A stretch of 64,000 nucleotides of DNA from Callorhinchus milii. Lineage: Eukaryota. Positions 1-14,262 of this stretch are shown piece by piece. The stretch lies in the NCBI RefSeq assembly GCF_018977255.1, contig NW_024704742.1:84756001-84820000 (forward strand), read 5' to 3'. A program made the position numbers and the translations under genes. Below the pieces are notes generated by a model. The model saw nothing but the letters and a program-made list of their open reading frames with translations, did not search any database and was not told the origin of the DNA. Position 1 is the first letter of the stretch; every line of letters starts with the position of its first letter.

Positions 1-2330
1 ACTACTCTCTGAGTGTAGAAATGTTTCCTCAACTCTGTTCTAAAAGGCTGACCCTTAATTTTAAGACTGTGACCCCTGGTTATAGATTCTCCTACCAGGG
101 GAAATAGACCCTCAGTGTCTACTTTATCCAGCCCTTTAAGAATGTTATGTTTCAATAAGATCTCTCCTAATTCTTCTGTACTCTAGAGAATACAGCCCTA
201 GTTTATTCAGCCTATCCTCATAGATCAGTCCCCTCATCCCAGGAACTAACCAAGTGAATCTACGCTGCACCCCCTCTAGGGCAAGTATGTCCTTTTTTAA
301 ATAAGGAGACCAATACTCTAGGTGCGGTCTCACCAAGGCCCTATACAGTTGCAGCAAGACTTCCCTACTCTTGTACTCTAAACCTTTTGCAATGAACACT
401 AACATGCCGTTCGCCTTCTTAGTTGCTTGCTGCACCTGCAAACTAACTTTTTGAGACTGGTGTACAAGGACACCCAAATCCCTCTGAACACTAACACTAT
501 CTAATCTCTCCCCTCTAGAAAATAATCTGTTTTTCTATTTTTTCTACCGAGGTGAATAACTTCACACTTCCCCACATTAAATTCCATCTGCCACCTACTC
601 GCCCACTCCCCTAGCCTATCTATATCCCGTTGCAATCTTTTTGCATCATCCTCAGAGCTTACTCTCCCACCTAGTTTAGTGTCATCCGCAAATTTAGATA
701 CGTTACATTCAATGTCCTCGTCTAGATCATTGATGTAAATTGTAAATAGCTGAGGCCCAAGCACTGATCCTTGTGGCACTCCACTAGTCACATCCTGCCA
801 ATTCGAGAATGACCCGTTTATCCCTACTCTCTGTTTTCTACCTGTTAGCCACTCTTCAATCCATGCTAATATGTTCCCATTAATCCCGTGGGCCTTAACC
901 TTGTGCAATAGCCTTTTGTGTGGCACTTTGTCAAATGCCTTTTTAAAATCTAAATATACTACATCTCCAGGTTCCCCCCTATCTAACCTACTAGATACAT
1001 CTTCAAAAAACTCTAAAAGATTAGTTAAGCATGACGTCCCTTTTGTAAAGCCATGTTGACTCTGCCTAATCTTGTTATGGTTTTCCAGGAATTCCATAAC
1101 GACATCTTTAATTAAGGACTCAAGAATTTTCCCTACCACTGATGTCAGACTAACTGGTCTATAGTTCCCCATCTTTTCTCTCCCACCCTTCTTAAATAGT
1201 GGTGTTACGTTTGCAATCTTCCAATCAATGGGAACCATTCCAGAATCCAGAGAATTTTGGAAGATCAAAGACAAGCCATCCACTATCTCAGTAGCCACCT
1301 CCTTTAAAACCCTAGGATGTAGGCCATCAGGTCCAGGAGATTTATCAGTTTTAAGACCTGATAATTTACCTAAAACCATTTCTTTACTAATATTAATTCC
1401 CCCAAGTTGCTCGCTAATATTTTCTTCTTGGTTCCCTTCTATTCTTGGTAAGTTTTCAGTGTCTTCTAAGGTGAAGACAGTAGCAAAGTACTTGTTTAAT
1501 GACTCTGCCATGTCTTTGTCCCCTACTATAATTTCCCCCCGTCTCTGTCTGTAGCGGACCCACATTTACCTTTGACAGCCTCTTCCTCTTTATATATTTA
1601 TAAAAACTCTTGCAGTCTGTCTTTATGTTCCTCGCTAGTTTGCCCTCATATTCCATTTTCTCCCTCTTAATCACTTTTTTGGTTCTCTTTTGTTGATCCC
1701 TAAAGTTCTCCCAATCCTTGGGTTTACTACTCATCTTAGTTGTTTTATAGGCTTCTTCCTTTAACTTTATACTTTCCCTAACTGCTCTAGTTAGCCACGG
1801 TTGGGCCACCTATCCCGTGGCATTCTTATTCCTCAAAGGAATATGTGCTCGCTGGGAATTTTGCACTATAACCTTAAATGTCTGCCATTGCTGGTTTACT
1901 GTCCTTAAATCTAATTTCCCAATTTATTTTGGCTAAATCCTCTCTCATACCAGCAAAATTGGCTCTACTTAAATTTAAAACCTTTGCTTCGGACTTAACT
2001 ACTTCTCTCTCTAACTTAATGCTAAATTCCATCATATTATGATCACTTTGCCCTAGAGGAGCCTTAATTTCCAGTTTGCTGATCAGCCCTGCTTCATTGC
2101 ACAAAATGGTTGGCTCCTCGGCATACTGATCTAGATAATTGTCCCTAATACATTCTATAAACTCTTCCTCTATCATATTTTTCCCAATTTGGTTGTCCCA
2201 ATCTATGTGCAGATTAAAATCACCCACAATTAATGTTTTTCCCTTACTACATGCTCTGCTAATTTCCTGATTTATACCTTGAGAGATACTGTGACTGCTG
2301 TTCGGGAGTCTATAAACTACTCCCACTATC
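1..2330 (-). mobile_element. CR1-clade LINE, 5'-truncated, frameshifted ORF2
   Basis: Four ORF pieces with endonuclease GDFN and RT motifs [20 protein letters not shown], plus RPHLEY. Confidence 0.95.
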
Positions 2331-2412
2331 TTCACTAAGCGAGAACAAGGAGACATCACAGGGACTTGGCAATCAATGGCCAAATTATCTTTTAATAAAA
2401 CATATCAAATAC

Positions 2413-2530
2413 CTTGATTCCAGAAGTTGGAGCATGGCTGGAGTGTTCAATAAACTTTCAGACATCAAGAAAGTGTATGGAATCTGCAGTTCTAACAACA
2501 ATGACTCAGATTTCATCAATAGTGAGTCTT
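2413..2530 (-). CDS. SHOC1: SHOC1 coding exon 20, ...[28 protein letters not shown]
   Basis: ttctag|AA ... AG|GTATTT, 118 nt; resembles human [28 protein letters not shown]. Confidence 0.93.
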
Positions 2531-4092
2531 CTAGAATTAAAAGGACTGTTATTCATATATCTGTTTACACATTTTTAGACAAAAATTTTTATAAAAGTCA
2601 AGGATATCTGATGTAAGGTGCTCTGTTTAGATTGGGGTTAAGATCCATTTGGGGGCAGAGTGAATAGTTCCTTATTCTTCATCTACCTGTGCTATATATG
2701 GTGAAAGACTACTTGATGCTGAGAATAGAGGTGACAAAAGTGGATGATGCATTTCATTGTCTAAAACTGGCAAGGCTCATCCTGATGAGTGTAAAAGGTC
2801 AACTTAAAGAGTAATTTGATGCCTATCTGGACTGGCATACAGAGAGGTAAGCAAGACAAAATGAAGAGTCACTACATTTTATAGTATATCCCGGGTGTAT
2901 TCTGACTTACTAAAAACCTTTCTAGAACACGGAAAAAAGTAATTCCAATGGTGACAAAGTCCGAGATGTGAGGATGTGCTGGCTGTTGCTATTCAACATC
3001 AGAGAGGAGTCCATGGTGACAGTTCCCTCTTAAAACTAATGTAATCCTGTTACATTATTATTACATTATTAATGTAAAGCTGTGCGGAATTGGCTGCCGC
3101 ATTTCGCCCACAAATATACAGTCAATTCACTTTACAGTCTTCTGTGAAGCACTTTGAGACGTCTAGAAGACGTGAAAAGTGCTATATCTAATGCAAGGCT
3201 TATTATTATTATGATGTTTATTATTAATCCATGTAGTGACCTGAGAGGAATGAGGTTGATAACAGTTTTGATGACTTTAATGCTCATTTGTATCATTTCA
3301 GAAGCGCTGACTGAGATGTCCTGATGTACCTTCGACCTCTTAATTACAAGTTCACACGCCTTTGGGAGGATTTAGCAGACAAGCTAATTGAACATTTTTG
3401 AATCACTAAGGTAACCAACTTCTTTAAGAAACTATTTTCATACTGTTAAGAGTTAAGGCTTTGTTTGGTACCAAGTGAATTCACAGACTGCCAGCTGTGA
3501 ACACTACATACAATGTTAGATATAAAGCAGCGTAATTTACTGTTGGCAGTTAAGTTGAAGCTCAATCAGATGTTATTCAAAATTATTCATGTTTATTGCC
3601 ACAGCAAACACTTCCTAGGAATCGTGATCTATTTCCTCCATACACTGATGTTGGCAAAGGGCAGAACACGGAGCCCAAATTGAAAATGAAAAGACAACCC
3701 TATTTTTCTGAGGCTGAATAGTTTATTCTTGTAAAACAAAATACAAGAATACTTTTTAGCATGAAAATATGCTCCCAGGTTGGGTGCCCAGACAGCTGTA
3801 AAGCACTTTGCGTTTTGAAGATCCTAGAGTGGCTTTAGGGTACAGCTAGAGTTTAACCAGCTAAAAGCACAAAGCTTGCCATTGTGAGCACTGCCTGGCA
3901 AACTTCCTGCTGCTCATCCAGCTAAGAGCCCATCTACTTGTTAGATCTTTGGCTTGTAATGTTAACAGGAGCAGACTGGGAAGAATCCATACTCACACTG
4001 ACTGACGTGCCTTTCCAAGTGCCACCAATGAACCAGGCTAATCAGTCAGCAAAAGTGCCTTGGAGTGCTGAAGATCCAGCTCCCACAGACTC

Positions 4093-4409
4093 AATAATGA
4101 TAATAATAATAATCCTTGCGTTTGATATAGCGCTTTTCACGTATTCTAGACGTCTCAAAGCGCTTCACAGAATATACTGTAAAGTGAATTGACTATATTT
4201 CGTGGGCGAAACGCGGCAGCCAATTGCGCACAACAGTGTCCCACAGACAGTCTTTGATTAAGTGTCCAAATTATTATTTTTTTTTCTTGAGGGATTATTA
4301 TCAGGCATGTGGAGTAAGGAAACTTGCACAAGGTTTCGCCCTGCTGGGAATCGAATCCAGGTATCTCGCTTGTGAGGTGAGTGGTCTAACCATTGAGCTA
4401 CAGGACTCC
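4093..4409 (-). mobile_element. tRNA(Ala-like)-derived SINE, short form
   Basis: Head with A/B boxes; (att)n tail. Confidence 0.9.
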
Positions 4410-4689
4410 ACATATTGATATTCTATTGCTGTATACATCACCCTTTTAAGCCAGTTCAACCACAAGCAGCCCATGCTTACACCCCTTTCTGCCGGATAGT
4501 CACTAATTGGTTATCAGATATCTGGCAAGCACAGGTCTGAGCCTTCATAAGATGGATAGTAGATAATATAGTGGCCTGTAACACTGCATTTGGGGATCAC
4601 CAAATGAATTAATTAAAATAAAACTTCAAAGAAATCCATCCAAATTAATTCCATTTTATACACAATAAATTAATAAAACTCGTTCGGAC

Positions 4690-4874
4690 CTGTTTCTGGA
4701 GCCTTAGGAAGTATGGTTTTAAATGTCATATGATTTATATTCTGCTGCTTGCAAAGCTTTGTCCAACATGAATTCTCCACATAATCATATTCCACCACCA
4801 GATTGAAATGGCCCCAGGGAAAATCAGCTCCAATGTGATAGTTGTATGCCACCAAACAGGAATGCATTTGCAAA
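4690..4874 (-). CDS. SHOC1: SHOC1 coding exon 19, ...[25 protein letters not shown]...
   Basis: 185 nt, phase 2-1; resembles human [24 protein letters not shown]. Confidence 0.93.
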
Positions 4875-5246
4875 CTGAGAAATAGAACAGAACACACAGG
4901 AAATCACAGCATCATTTAAAAGAATAAACAGTACTGTTTTGCAAATAATTATCTTCATCAAATTACCACAACAATTTCAACAACAGAGCTGCTTAATGAT
5001 GTGGTGTAAATATTTCCAGTCACATTAATAGTTAAAATCTATTAATATATGTGGCAAACATACTTATCATAACTAAAAACTTAAATTGACTGTTACGTAT
5101 TATCATTTGGGACAACATACAGTTTTCTTCACAGTGATGAGTTTAGAGTTAAAAAAACTACAAAATAATAAACAACAGCATCATAAACAAATAGGATATC
5201 TTTGGAAAACATGAGTGGAAATATCTGAAGCATATTGCACAGCATA

Positions 5247-5718
5247 TAATAATAATAATCCTTGCATTTGATATAGTGCTTTTCACGTCTTCTTGACATC
5301 TCAAAGCACTTCAAAGAATAGACTGTAAAGTGAATTGACTGTATATTTGTGGGCGAAATGCAGCAGCCAATTGCGCACAGCAGTGTCCAACAAACAGTCA
5401 TAATAATAATAATAATCCTTGCATTTGATATAGCGCTTTTCACGTCGGGAGGACGTCCCAAAGCGCTTCACAGAACACACTGTAAAGTGAATTGACGTAT
5501 ATTTGTGGGCGAACGCGGCAGCCAATTGCGCACAGCAATGTCCCACAAACAGTCGTAGATTGAAAATGACCAATTTAATTATTGTTTTTGTTTTGGGGGA
5601 TTTATTATTGGGCGCGTGGAGTAAGGAAACTTGCCCAAGGTTTCGCCCTGCTTGGAATTGAACCCCGGTGTCTCGCTTGCAAGGCAAATGCTCTAACCAC
5701 TGAGCTACAGGACTCCAT
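5247..5718 (-). mobile_element. tRNA-derived SINE, full copy plus tandem 3' half
   Basis: Two tails, at 5247 and 5401. Confidence 0.9.
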
Positions 5719-6939
5719 TTCTATCTCCACCCCTTCCGAATTACACTAATGCTCTCCTAAATGCACTGACAAATGCTGGGTAACCGCTTCATGAACACTG
5801 TTGTAGTTCGCACAAGTGTTGTTTGATATTGCTTCAACTAAATAATGAATCAGTGAAAGCTGTGTATAATGTGGTTTTGTGATGTGTGAAAAAATTAAAT
5901 ACCCATAGCAAAAGCATCTCGTCGAGTATGAATATGCTACAGTAGAAATCAAGCCCCACTAATATTTCCTAATAAGCCTAAGAGGTCTAATTGAAGAAGA
6001 AATTTGATAATGCAGTTACTTTTGAGAATTTTACTTAGGTTATGTTAGACATGTTACCTAGCACCAGATTAAGTTTCAGAATGAATTAATGGCAAAGCAG
6101 TTCCTGGCACCATGTTGGAAATATCAAATCACATGTTACTTTGCAAATTAATGAGCTGTACGTGCATACAGTGCAACCTGAGTTCAACACCCAAAAGATT
6201 GTGTACTAAACAATGGGAATGAGATAGAAAAAAACTAGTTAATAAAATGATACAATAAATGAATCTGATCAATGGATCTCATTTGCTCAAAGAATATGAA
6301 CCTATATTTTACATAATATTAAAAAGTCCACTTAGATACAATAAACTGCTTTATTTCAATTTGGTTATATTAATTTTTTTTTTATTATCCATCTCCTGCC
6401 CTCTGCAGCTCTGGCACAATGATCAAGCACAGCCAGCTTCCAGTGTTGACGAGTTGGCCTGCCACACTATAAAATGGCCATATGGTGGCTCAGTTACCTT
6501 CTGTTTTATTTTGCATTTGAGTACCACATAATGGAGATACACTACTCTAATCCTAATCCATTCATCAAACATTTCTGAATATCATTCAATCTTGACCAAG
6601 CCCCCACTCAATACTTTAACTTGGGAAGAGGAGTTAAGTGACATAAGTCATGTCACATTACAAGGAGATTTAACCTGCCAGCTGGGCACAGGACAGATTT
6701 GATAGAAGAGTCAGAGAAATCTAACATAAGATCACAGAATAGGTTCGGATACAGAAGGCTCTTTGGCCATTTTTTCTCACCCTTTTGGAATACCTACAAA
6801 ATTCGCCCACAAAATAGTCACTCCACTTTACATTTTTCCCTGTGAGGTCCTTTGAGACATTTCAATGCGGTGATAAGGTTATGTATCAAATGCATGGATT
6901 AATATTATTTCCCAGCCTATCATTATTTCATGACAATAT

Positions 6940-7560
6940 CAACAACAGAAAATTACATTTGTATAGTGCCTTTCACATTGGGAGGTGGTCCCAAGGTGTT
7001 GGCCTGTCAGGGATTTCGACCCGAGCAGGAGTTTGGGATCAGGAGGGGTGGAGGGCAGAGAAGGTCGGGGTAGGAGGGTGACCAAATGTAAGATCAAAGA
7101 GGAGGGTTTTGAGATGTGACTTGAAGGAGTCAAGAGAAGGAGCAAGGTGAAAGGAATGTGGGATGGAGATTCAAAGGGTGGGGGCAGAGAGGCTGAAGGC
7201 CAGTCCGCCGATTGTGGGGTAGGCCGGGCAGGGGACATGGAGCAGATCGGAGCCTGCTGAGCGGAGGGAGCCGACAGATCGATATGGTAGCAGGTCACAG
7301 CGGTAGGGAGGAAAGAGCAAGGCTGTGGAAAGCTTTGAAGGCGCGGACAAGGATTTTAAACTCTATCCTCTGGGGATGGGGAGCCGGTGGAGCCGGGCGA
7401 GGGTGATACAGTCACGGAGCCAGGTGTGGGAGAGGACATGAGCTGCAGAGTTCTGGATGATTCTCAGCTTTGGAGGGAAGAGTTAGGAAGGCCAACAAGC
7501 AGAGAGTTGGCTTTCTCGAACCTGGAGGTAATAAATGCATGGATGACGGTTTCAGCACTA
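6940..7560 (-). mobile_element. L2-clade LINE 3' fragment
   Basis: Reverse complement of the L2 copies at 8945-11180; (caa)n tail. Confidence 0.85.
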
Positions 7561-8944
7561 TAAGTGAGCTACTGCTTCAGCAAAGTGCGTTATAAATCCC
7601 CAGTATTTCCAGAAGATTCCCCGTTCAGATACCTAGGCTGAACAGAACTAGTTTATCTAGTTGTTCCTCATATCCCATCCTTTTCACACGAGAATCGTTC
7701 TCATCGTTCTCCTCTGCAATGCCTTTGCTGCAGTGATTAGAACTCTTAGCAATTACTCCGGGTGCAGCCTAACCAAACAACTGATGAGCCTGATTTCTGG
7801 GATTCTGAATTTAACAGATTATTCAATGTAACCCAGCACTCTGCTTGTCTTGCTTATTGCTGCCTCACACAATTTGAACATGGTGATTGATGGGTCAACT
7901 ATCATCCCTAGATTTTTTTTAAAATTCCCCCTTGGTAAATTCTATTTTGTCCAAGATATTGCCGCTGTCCTGGGTGAGGAAGGACTGTACTGAGGTAGCA
8001 ATGTATGAGTGAGGAAATGTGTATAGATGTGCACATCATGGCACCTGATAGATTCTCACAGGACTTGTGCATGGAACATCTCTCATTTACCTCAATTTTC
8101 AGTAAATTTTTGCAGTAAACCAGCATTTAAAAAGGATTCATTTGAATCTCATCACATTTGAATCCAATCATTTGCATCTTAACAATTAGACCCTATGAAG
8201 CTATAGATTCTTTTAGCTAATTTTTTTTGTAAATAAGAGCAGGTCTCTCCACAGTATTGCACATCTGGCAAACAACATATATGAGGCTCATTTATAAAAT
8301 GTTAGAAAGTGTGTTTTTAAGAGGAATTTGTAAAAGTCAACAAGATAAATATCCATTCTAGTCATACAGTAGTTTAAGCTGCATATTTTCTGAACCAATC
8401 TAATGTATAAATTCTTTAATTTTTAAAGTATTTCCTCCCCTATTTTAAATTCAGATGCCTTCCCAAAAATGCCTGCCATTAGTCATACAACTCCTTCCAC
8501 TGAGGATCATTACAAAAGTCTCCAAAGCTACTGTCAAATCTGTATGAATGGCCAGCAGAAAATACTCTGAGTTAGTGAGGCAATTCAAACTGAGTCCCAG
8601 TGAAGGGCCTTGGCCTTGTCTTTGTAAAGTCCTCTATTCGGTGAGCTTCCTCATTAGAACCTTTGGAACATATTCCACCCAAGAACTAGTCAGATGGAAT
8701 AAAGGACGACTATTCGACTCAGTCCTTGTGACATACCGACTGTTTGACCTCAAACAAAAAAAGCTTCTATATTTTAACTGTGACATAAAATCAAAGCAGA
8801 GCAGAAAATCCACAAGTTTTCTTTCATTTACTTTTACAGATGTTTCACAGTCAGTCTCTAAAAATCAATGAAATTCCTGTTGCTGCTAAGTGACTTTGAT
8901 GCTACGTACTTGCAATGGGCTTATACATGAAAATTTCTACCTAT

Positions 8945-10133
8945 TTCTACCCCACATCCGTGCCTTCCACCACCTCTGCAATATCGCCCGGCTCTGCCAC
9001 TGTCTCACACCACAGGCCGCCAAAACCCTCATACACACATTCATTACATCGAGGCTCGACTATGCAAACGCCCTGCTTATCGGCCTCCCCAACTCCTCCC
9101 TCCACAGGCTGCTGATAATCCAGAACTCTGCAGCCCGTGTCCTCTCCCACACCAAACTCCGTGACCCCATCTCCCCCACTCTCGCCCGACTCCATATCCT
9201 TCAGCGGATCCAGTTCAAGATCCTGGTCCTCACCTACAAAACCCTCCATGGCCTCGCCCCACCCTACCTCTGTGACCTCCTAACGCCCTACCAACCCGCC
9301 CGCTTTCTCCACTCAGCCGGCTCTGGCCTGCTCCACGTCCCCCGACCCACCCGCCACACCATTGGCGGGAGAGCCTTCAGCCACTCTGCCCCCAATCTCT
9401 GGAATTCCATACCCCAATCATTCCACCTCATCCCCTCCTTAGCCTCCTTCAAGTCCCGCCTCAAGACCCTCCTCTTCGACCATACAATCGGCCACCCCCC
9501 TTCCCCTCCCTTCCCTTCTCCTCCCTGATACGGGTCAGAAATGCTGTACACTGTCCAGCGCCTTGGGACGTTCTCCCAACGTGAAAGGCGCTGTACAAAA
9601 GTAATCTTGTTGTTGTTATTGCAGATAATCCAGAACTCTGCAGCCCGTGTCCTCTCCCGCACCAGTCTCTGTGACCCTATCACCATCATCCTCGCCCGAC
9701 TCCACTGACTTCCCATCACACAGAGGGTACAGTTCAAGATCCTGCTCCTCATCTCCAAAGCCCTCCATGGTCTTGCTCCCTCTGCGACCTCCTAACCCCC
9801 TATTATTCTGCACACTCCCTCCACTCAGCGGGCTCTGGCCTGCTTCACGTTCCCCACCTCGCCATCCCCACCACTGGCGGGCAGGCTTCTGCTACTCTGC
9901 CTCTGGAACTCCATTCCCCAGTCCCTCCACCTCGGCCCTCCCTTGCCTCCATCAAGACCCATCTCAAGACTCTCCTCTTTGACTGCTCTTTTGATCACCC
10001 TGCTTCCCCCCCTGCCCTCCAACCTCCCCAATCCTGACCCCCAGCTCGGGTTCAAAACTCTGACGGTCCAGCACTTGGGGACGTCCTCCTGATGTGAAAG
10101 GCGCTATACAAATGTAATCTTGTTATTATTGTT
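8945..10133 (+). mobile_element. Two tandem L2 3' fragments (junction ~9620)
   Basis: ORF with SRLDYANALL, IQNSAARVL, FKSRLKTLLF; two (ttg)n tails. Confidence 0.9.
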
Positions 10134-10197
10134 GTATTTCTTCTGCACCTTTCCATAGCTATTGAAAAGTGATGATTAAAAACAGAATTTTACTGAC

Positions 10198-10264
10198 CAG
10201 TTTAAAATTTCCTGGCATCCCAGAACACCACTTTCCTCCGGAAGCACTGCAGCTGGTTTTAAAC
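10198..10264 (-). CDS. SHOC1: SHOC1 coding exon 18, GLKPAAVLPEESGVLGCQEILN
   Basis: ttgtag|GT ... TG|GTCAGT, 67 nt; the only phase 1-2 candidate I found that bridges exons 17 and 19. Confidence 0.82.
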
Positions 10265-10339
10265 CTACAAAAAGGAAGTGACACATTCAGAGGTAATCAA
10301 CTAACTAACTGGAAGTAAGTCATGCTGGCCCACAGGAAC

Positions 10340-11182
10340 GCTGGGTTCCTCCGGGCTCTGTCCTGGGTCCCCTTCCTCCTCAGCATGTACTTGGTGACAT
10401 CATCCGCAGACATGGGGTCAACTTCCACATGTACGCGGATGACACCCAACTCTATCTTTCTGCCTCCACCCACAACTCCAGGACACTGCTGTCCTGACAG
10501 ACTGCCTGTCAGACATCAAGTCCTAGATGAGAGCTAACTTTCTTTAGTTGAACGTCAACAAGACCGAGGCTCTCCTGATTGGCTCCTGTCAGTGCCTCCT
10601 CACCTCAGGCGCTGACAGCATCACTATCCATGGTTGCACACTCCACCTCACTGAGCCAGTCCGGAATCTTGGGGTCTTGTCCAACAACTATCCTTTCTAC
10701 CCCACATCCATGCCATGACCCGCTTTGCTTTCCCCCACCTCCGCAACATCGCCCGTCTGCGCCACTGCCTCTCCCCTCAGGCCACCAAAACCCTCAGCCA
10801 TGCATTTATTACTCTAGGCCTTGTTCCTTCCTACCTCTGTGATCTGCTACCCCATATCAACCTATCCGCTCCCTCCACTCAGCAGGCTCTGATCTGCTCC
10901 ACATCTCCCTTCCACCCTACCATCGGCAGTTGGACTTTCAGCCTCTCTGCCCCCACCCTGGAACTCCAACCTACAGTCCCTTTGCCTTGTTCCCTCGGTT
11001 GCCTCCTTCAAGGCACGTCTCAAGACCCTCCTCTTCGACCATACCTTCAGTCACCCTCCTACCCCTACCCTGCACCCCTCCTGATCCCAAACCCCTGCTC
11101 AGGTCCAAATCTCTGACTGTCCAGCACCTTGGGACTTCGTCCTGATGTGAAAGGCACTTTACAAATGGAATTTGTTGTTGTT
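10340..11182 (+). mobile_element. L2 fragment (RT to tail)
   Basis: [12 protein letters not shown] motif and L2 tail. Confidence 0.85.
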
Positions 11183-11424
11183 ATAAAATACTGCAAATTA
11201 GACCACAGAGGTTCTTACCCATATTACATCTCACCTTTGCTATATTTCACCTATTTTATGCAGCAATGGAGCAAAAACTTGCATTGTGACTTGCACACTC
11301 CTCATGACAGGTCAAACTGAGTCTATAAGATTAAGTAAAATGGGTTTGCTTATGGTTGTTGCTGTAATCCTCTTTTACAGATGACATTGCACCAGTGTTT
11401 TCATTATGCTGATCCTCAAAAGCA

Positions 11425-12340
11425 CTACAACAACAAATTGCATTTATATAGCACAATTCATGTCAGGATGACTTTCAAAAGCAATGGAGAGTCAAGGGTT
11501 TCCACCCGACCTGGCTGTTGGAATCAAGAGGGGTGAAAAACAAAGGGGCGGGGGTGGGAGGATGACCAAAGGCACAGTCAAACAGGAAGGTCTTGAGATG
11601 GGCGTTGAAGAAGGCAAGAGAGAAGGTAAGGCCAAGGGATTCTGGGATCGAATTCCAGAGGGTGGGGCAGAAGGGCCGGAGTCCAGACTGCCGATAGTGG
11701 GGTGGGCAGTGCGGGGGACATGGAGCAGACCAGTGAGTAGGCGGGAATGTTAGTAAGGTGTTATAGGTCCCAGAGATAGGGATGAGCAAGACTGTGGAGG
11801 ACTTTGAAAGTAAGGACGTGGATCTTAAACTTGATCCACTGTGGGAAGGGGAGCTGGTGAAGCCGTGCGAGGAAGGGGATGATCAGCTCACGGACCCTGG
11901 TGCAGGAGTTCTGAATAATCTGCAGCTAGTGGAGGGAAGAGTTGTGAGCGCCAGGGAGACAGGGAATTAGCATATATGAGTCTTTACATGACGAATATAT
12001 GGATGAAGGTCTCGGAGGCCTGAGGGGAAAGGCAGTGTTGGAGGCAGGAAATGTTGCAGAGGTGGGGGAAGACAGAGCATGTCATGGTACGGATGTGGGG
12101 TTTAGAGGGACAGTTGAGGGTCGAACAAGACACCAAAGTTCCATACTGGCTCGGTAAGATGGAGAGTACATCCATGAATAGTGATGCTGTTAGCACCTGA
12201 GGTGAGGAGGCGCTGATGGGAGCTAAGGATAAGGGCCTCCGACTTGGAGAAAGTTGGCTCTCATCCAAACTTGATGTCTGATAGACAATCCGCAGGACAG
12301 CAGAGGTGCTGGAGTCAAAGATGGAGGCACAGAGATACAA
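11425..12340 (-). mobile_element. L2 fragment
   Basis: Inverted relative of 10340-11182. Confidence 0.85.
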
Positions 12341-12837
12341 TATAAGAGTGAAAATTCTGGATTAGCCTCATCAGTATCAAAGCACACAAGGTTGTCTCAT
12401 GTTGCTTTCACTTTGTACCAGCAACAAAGGAGAGTAGGTCTTTTATTTATGCATTTTCCAATTATTTGTTTTAGAAAAGAGCTCACTGTGCCTGCTGGAC
12501 AGGCGATGAATATGCCTTTATGTATAGTAGACCCACATCTTAACTGTCAAATGGTATGTTATTCTAAAAAAAATTCTAAAGAAACTAAATGTCAGAACTA
12601 AGCAGAACTGAATTAAGTCTTCTTTCATTGTGCCAACATTGTGCCAGATGATTTATTCAGCTGAATCCTATTAGCTGCAAATCCCATTTGCTATGAAATA
12701 TGATAAGCTTATTAGAAACAAATACATTAATGGATTCTAAGTGGAATTCAATCTACACAATTTCACTGGGCCCACTCAAATCAATATTTGAACACATATT
12801 CCACACATGATTTGATGCTTCAAGCCTTATATCTTAC

Positions 12838-12910
12838 CATTCACCTTGATGAGGTTATTAGTAAGTGTAGCTCTGACACAGTCTGAATCCATTCTGATAA
12901 TGATTAATAC
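12838..12910 (-). CDS. SHOC1: SHOC1 coding exon 17, VLIIIRMDSDCVRATLTNNLIKVN
   Basis: taacag|GTA ... G|GTAAGA, 73 nt; VLIIIRMDSD as in human. Confidence 0.95.
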
Positions 12911-13286
12911 CTGTTAAAAAAANGGTTATGTATTTCAAATAAATTCAAAAAATACCACAAATGAAAATACAAAGTTATTTCTGTCAAATCAGTGACCAGA
13001 GACTACAATCACAAATAGCCCTCGAAGTACCCTCAATGTAATGTAATCATAACAAAAGGCAAAATTGTAGCAGGTAAAAGCAACATAGTTTGTATGGGAA
13101 TGATGTTTAATTACCAATATTCATTTTCTAGGTTCACACAAGAAAAGGAATCACTTGAGTGCTACAGTGAAGGGCTGTTGGAGCCTGTGGAACTACACTA
13201 TCTTCAGAAGATGAAGGGAGAAAATCACCAGGGAAAGGAGGATAACATTTCCCAAAAGCATGTCTGCCTTCTAAAATTGTTAATAC

Positions 13287-13471
13287 CTTGTGTTCATTTG
13301 TATGATCCATTTGTATCCATGTAGAAATCTGCTTCTGAAGTTCGGTTACTTTAGGGTTTCTTTCTTGTTTTCTCTGACTGATGTATTGAACAATTCGTAG
13401 TTTCTTCCAAATATCTTCTAAACAGGAACCCAAAGTGCTGACATACATTTCTTTGGCTCTGAATAAATACT
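13287..13471 (-). CDS. SHOC1: SHOC1 coding exon 16, YLFRAKEMY...[11 protein letters not shown]...
   Basis: 185 nt, phase 1-0; resembles human YLSKAKDIY...DIWRQLEIVQF. Confidence 0.95.
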
Positions 13472-13647
13472 CTGTAAATGAGAAAGTAACTGATACATCA
13501 TGATTAAAAACAAGCCATTTCATTACTCCTGCTTTTAGTCATAAATAGCTGACTCTTGGACGGTCTGTAGCTCTTCTTATCAGTTTTTTTTATACAGTAT
13601 GAACTGCATAATTTACTTTTTACTTTTAATTAATTTTAATTAAGATG

Positions 13648-14262
13648 CATCGCCCGTCTCTGCCAATACCTCTCCCCAAAAGCCGCTGACACCCTGGTCC
13701 AAGCCTGTCACCTCTCGGTTGGACTACTCTAACACCCTCCTCGCCGGTCTCCCATCCATAAAATCCAAATCATTCAAAACTCTGCCGCCCGCATTCTCAC
13801 CCGCACGAAACTCCGCTCCCCGATCACCCCAGTCCTTGCCAGACTGCACTGGCTGCCTATCCCAGAGAGGATCGATTTCAAAATCCTCACCTTTGATTTC
13901 AAGTCCCTGCACTCCTCTGCACCCCCCTACCTCTGACCTCCTCTCTCCTCAAAACAGTGCCCGTTGCCTTTGTTCCTCCGAGTCTGCTCTCCTCCTCGTC
14001 CAAGTTCTCCGCTCCACCCTTGGCAGCCCCGTGCCTTCAGCCACTATGCACCGAGGCTCTGGAACTGCCTTCCTCACTCCCTTCATCTCGCTCCCTCCCT
14101 TCCCATTTTCTAGTCTCTGCTGAAAACCTTTCTTTTCGACCGCGCCTTTGGTCACCTTCCTCCCCCTCCCCCTGGCTCGGCCCCGGGATCCGTTACTGTA
14201 AAGTGCTCTGAGACGCCGTCCGGCGTGCTGGGCGCTATATAAATCCAAGTTGTTGTTGTTGT
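13648..14262 (+). mobile_element. L2 3' fragment (second subfamily)
   Basis: LDYSNTLLAGLP; tail gcgctatataaatccaag(ttg)n. Confidence 0.88.

Noticed and set aside
501..1565. 354-aa reverse transcriptase ORF as a retron or active element
   Set aside because: Part of a truncated, frameshifted CR1 LINE
12923..12923. Ambiguous base N near the exon 17 acceptor
   Set aside because: Assembly ambiguity beside a homopolymer
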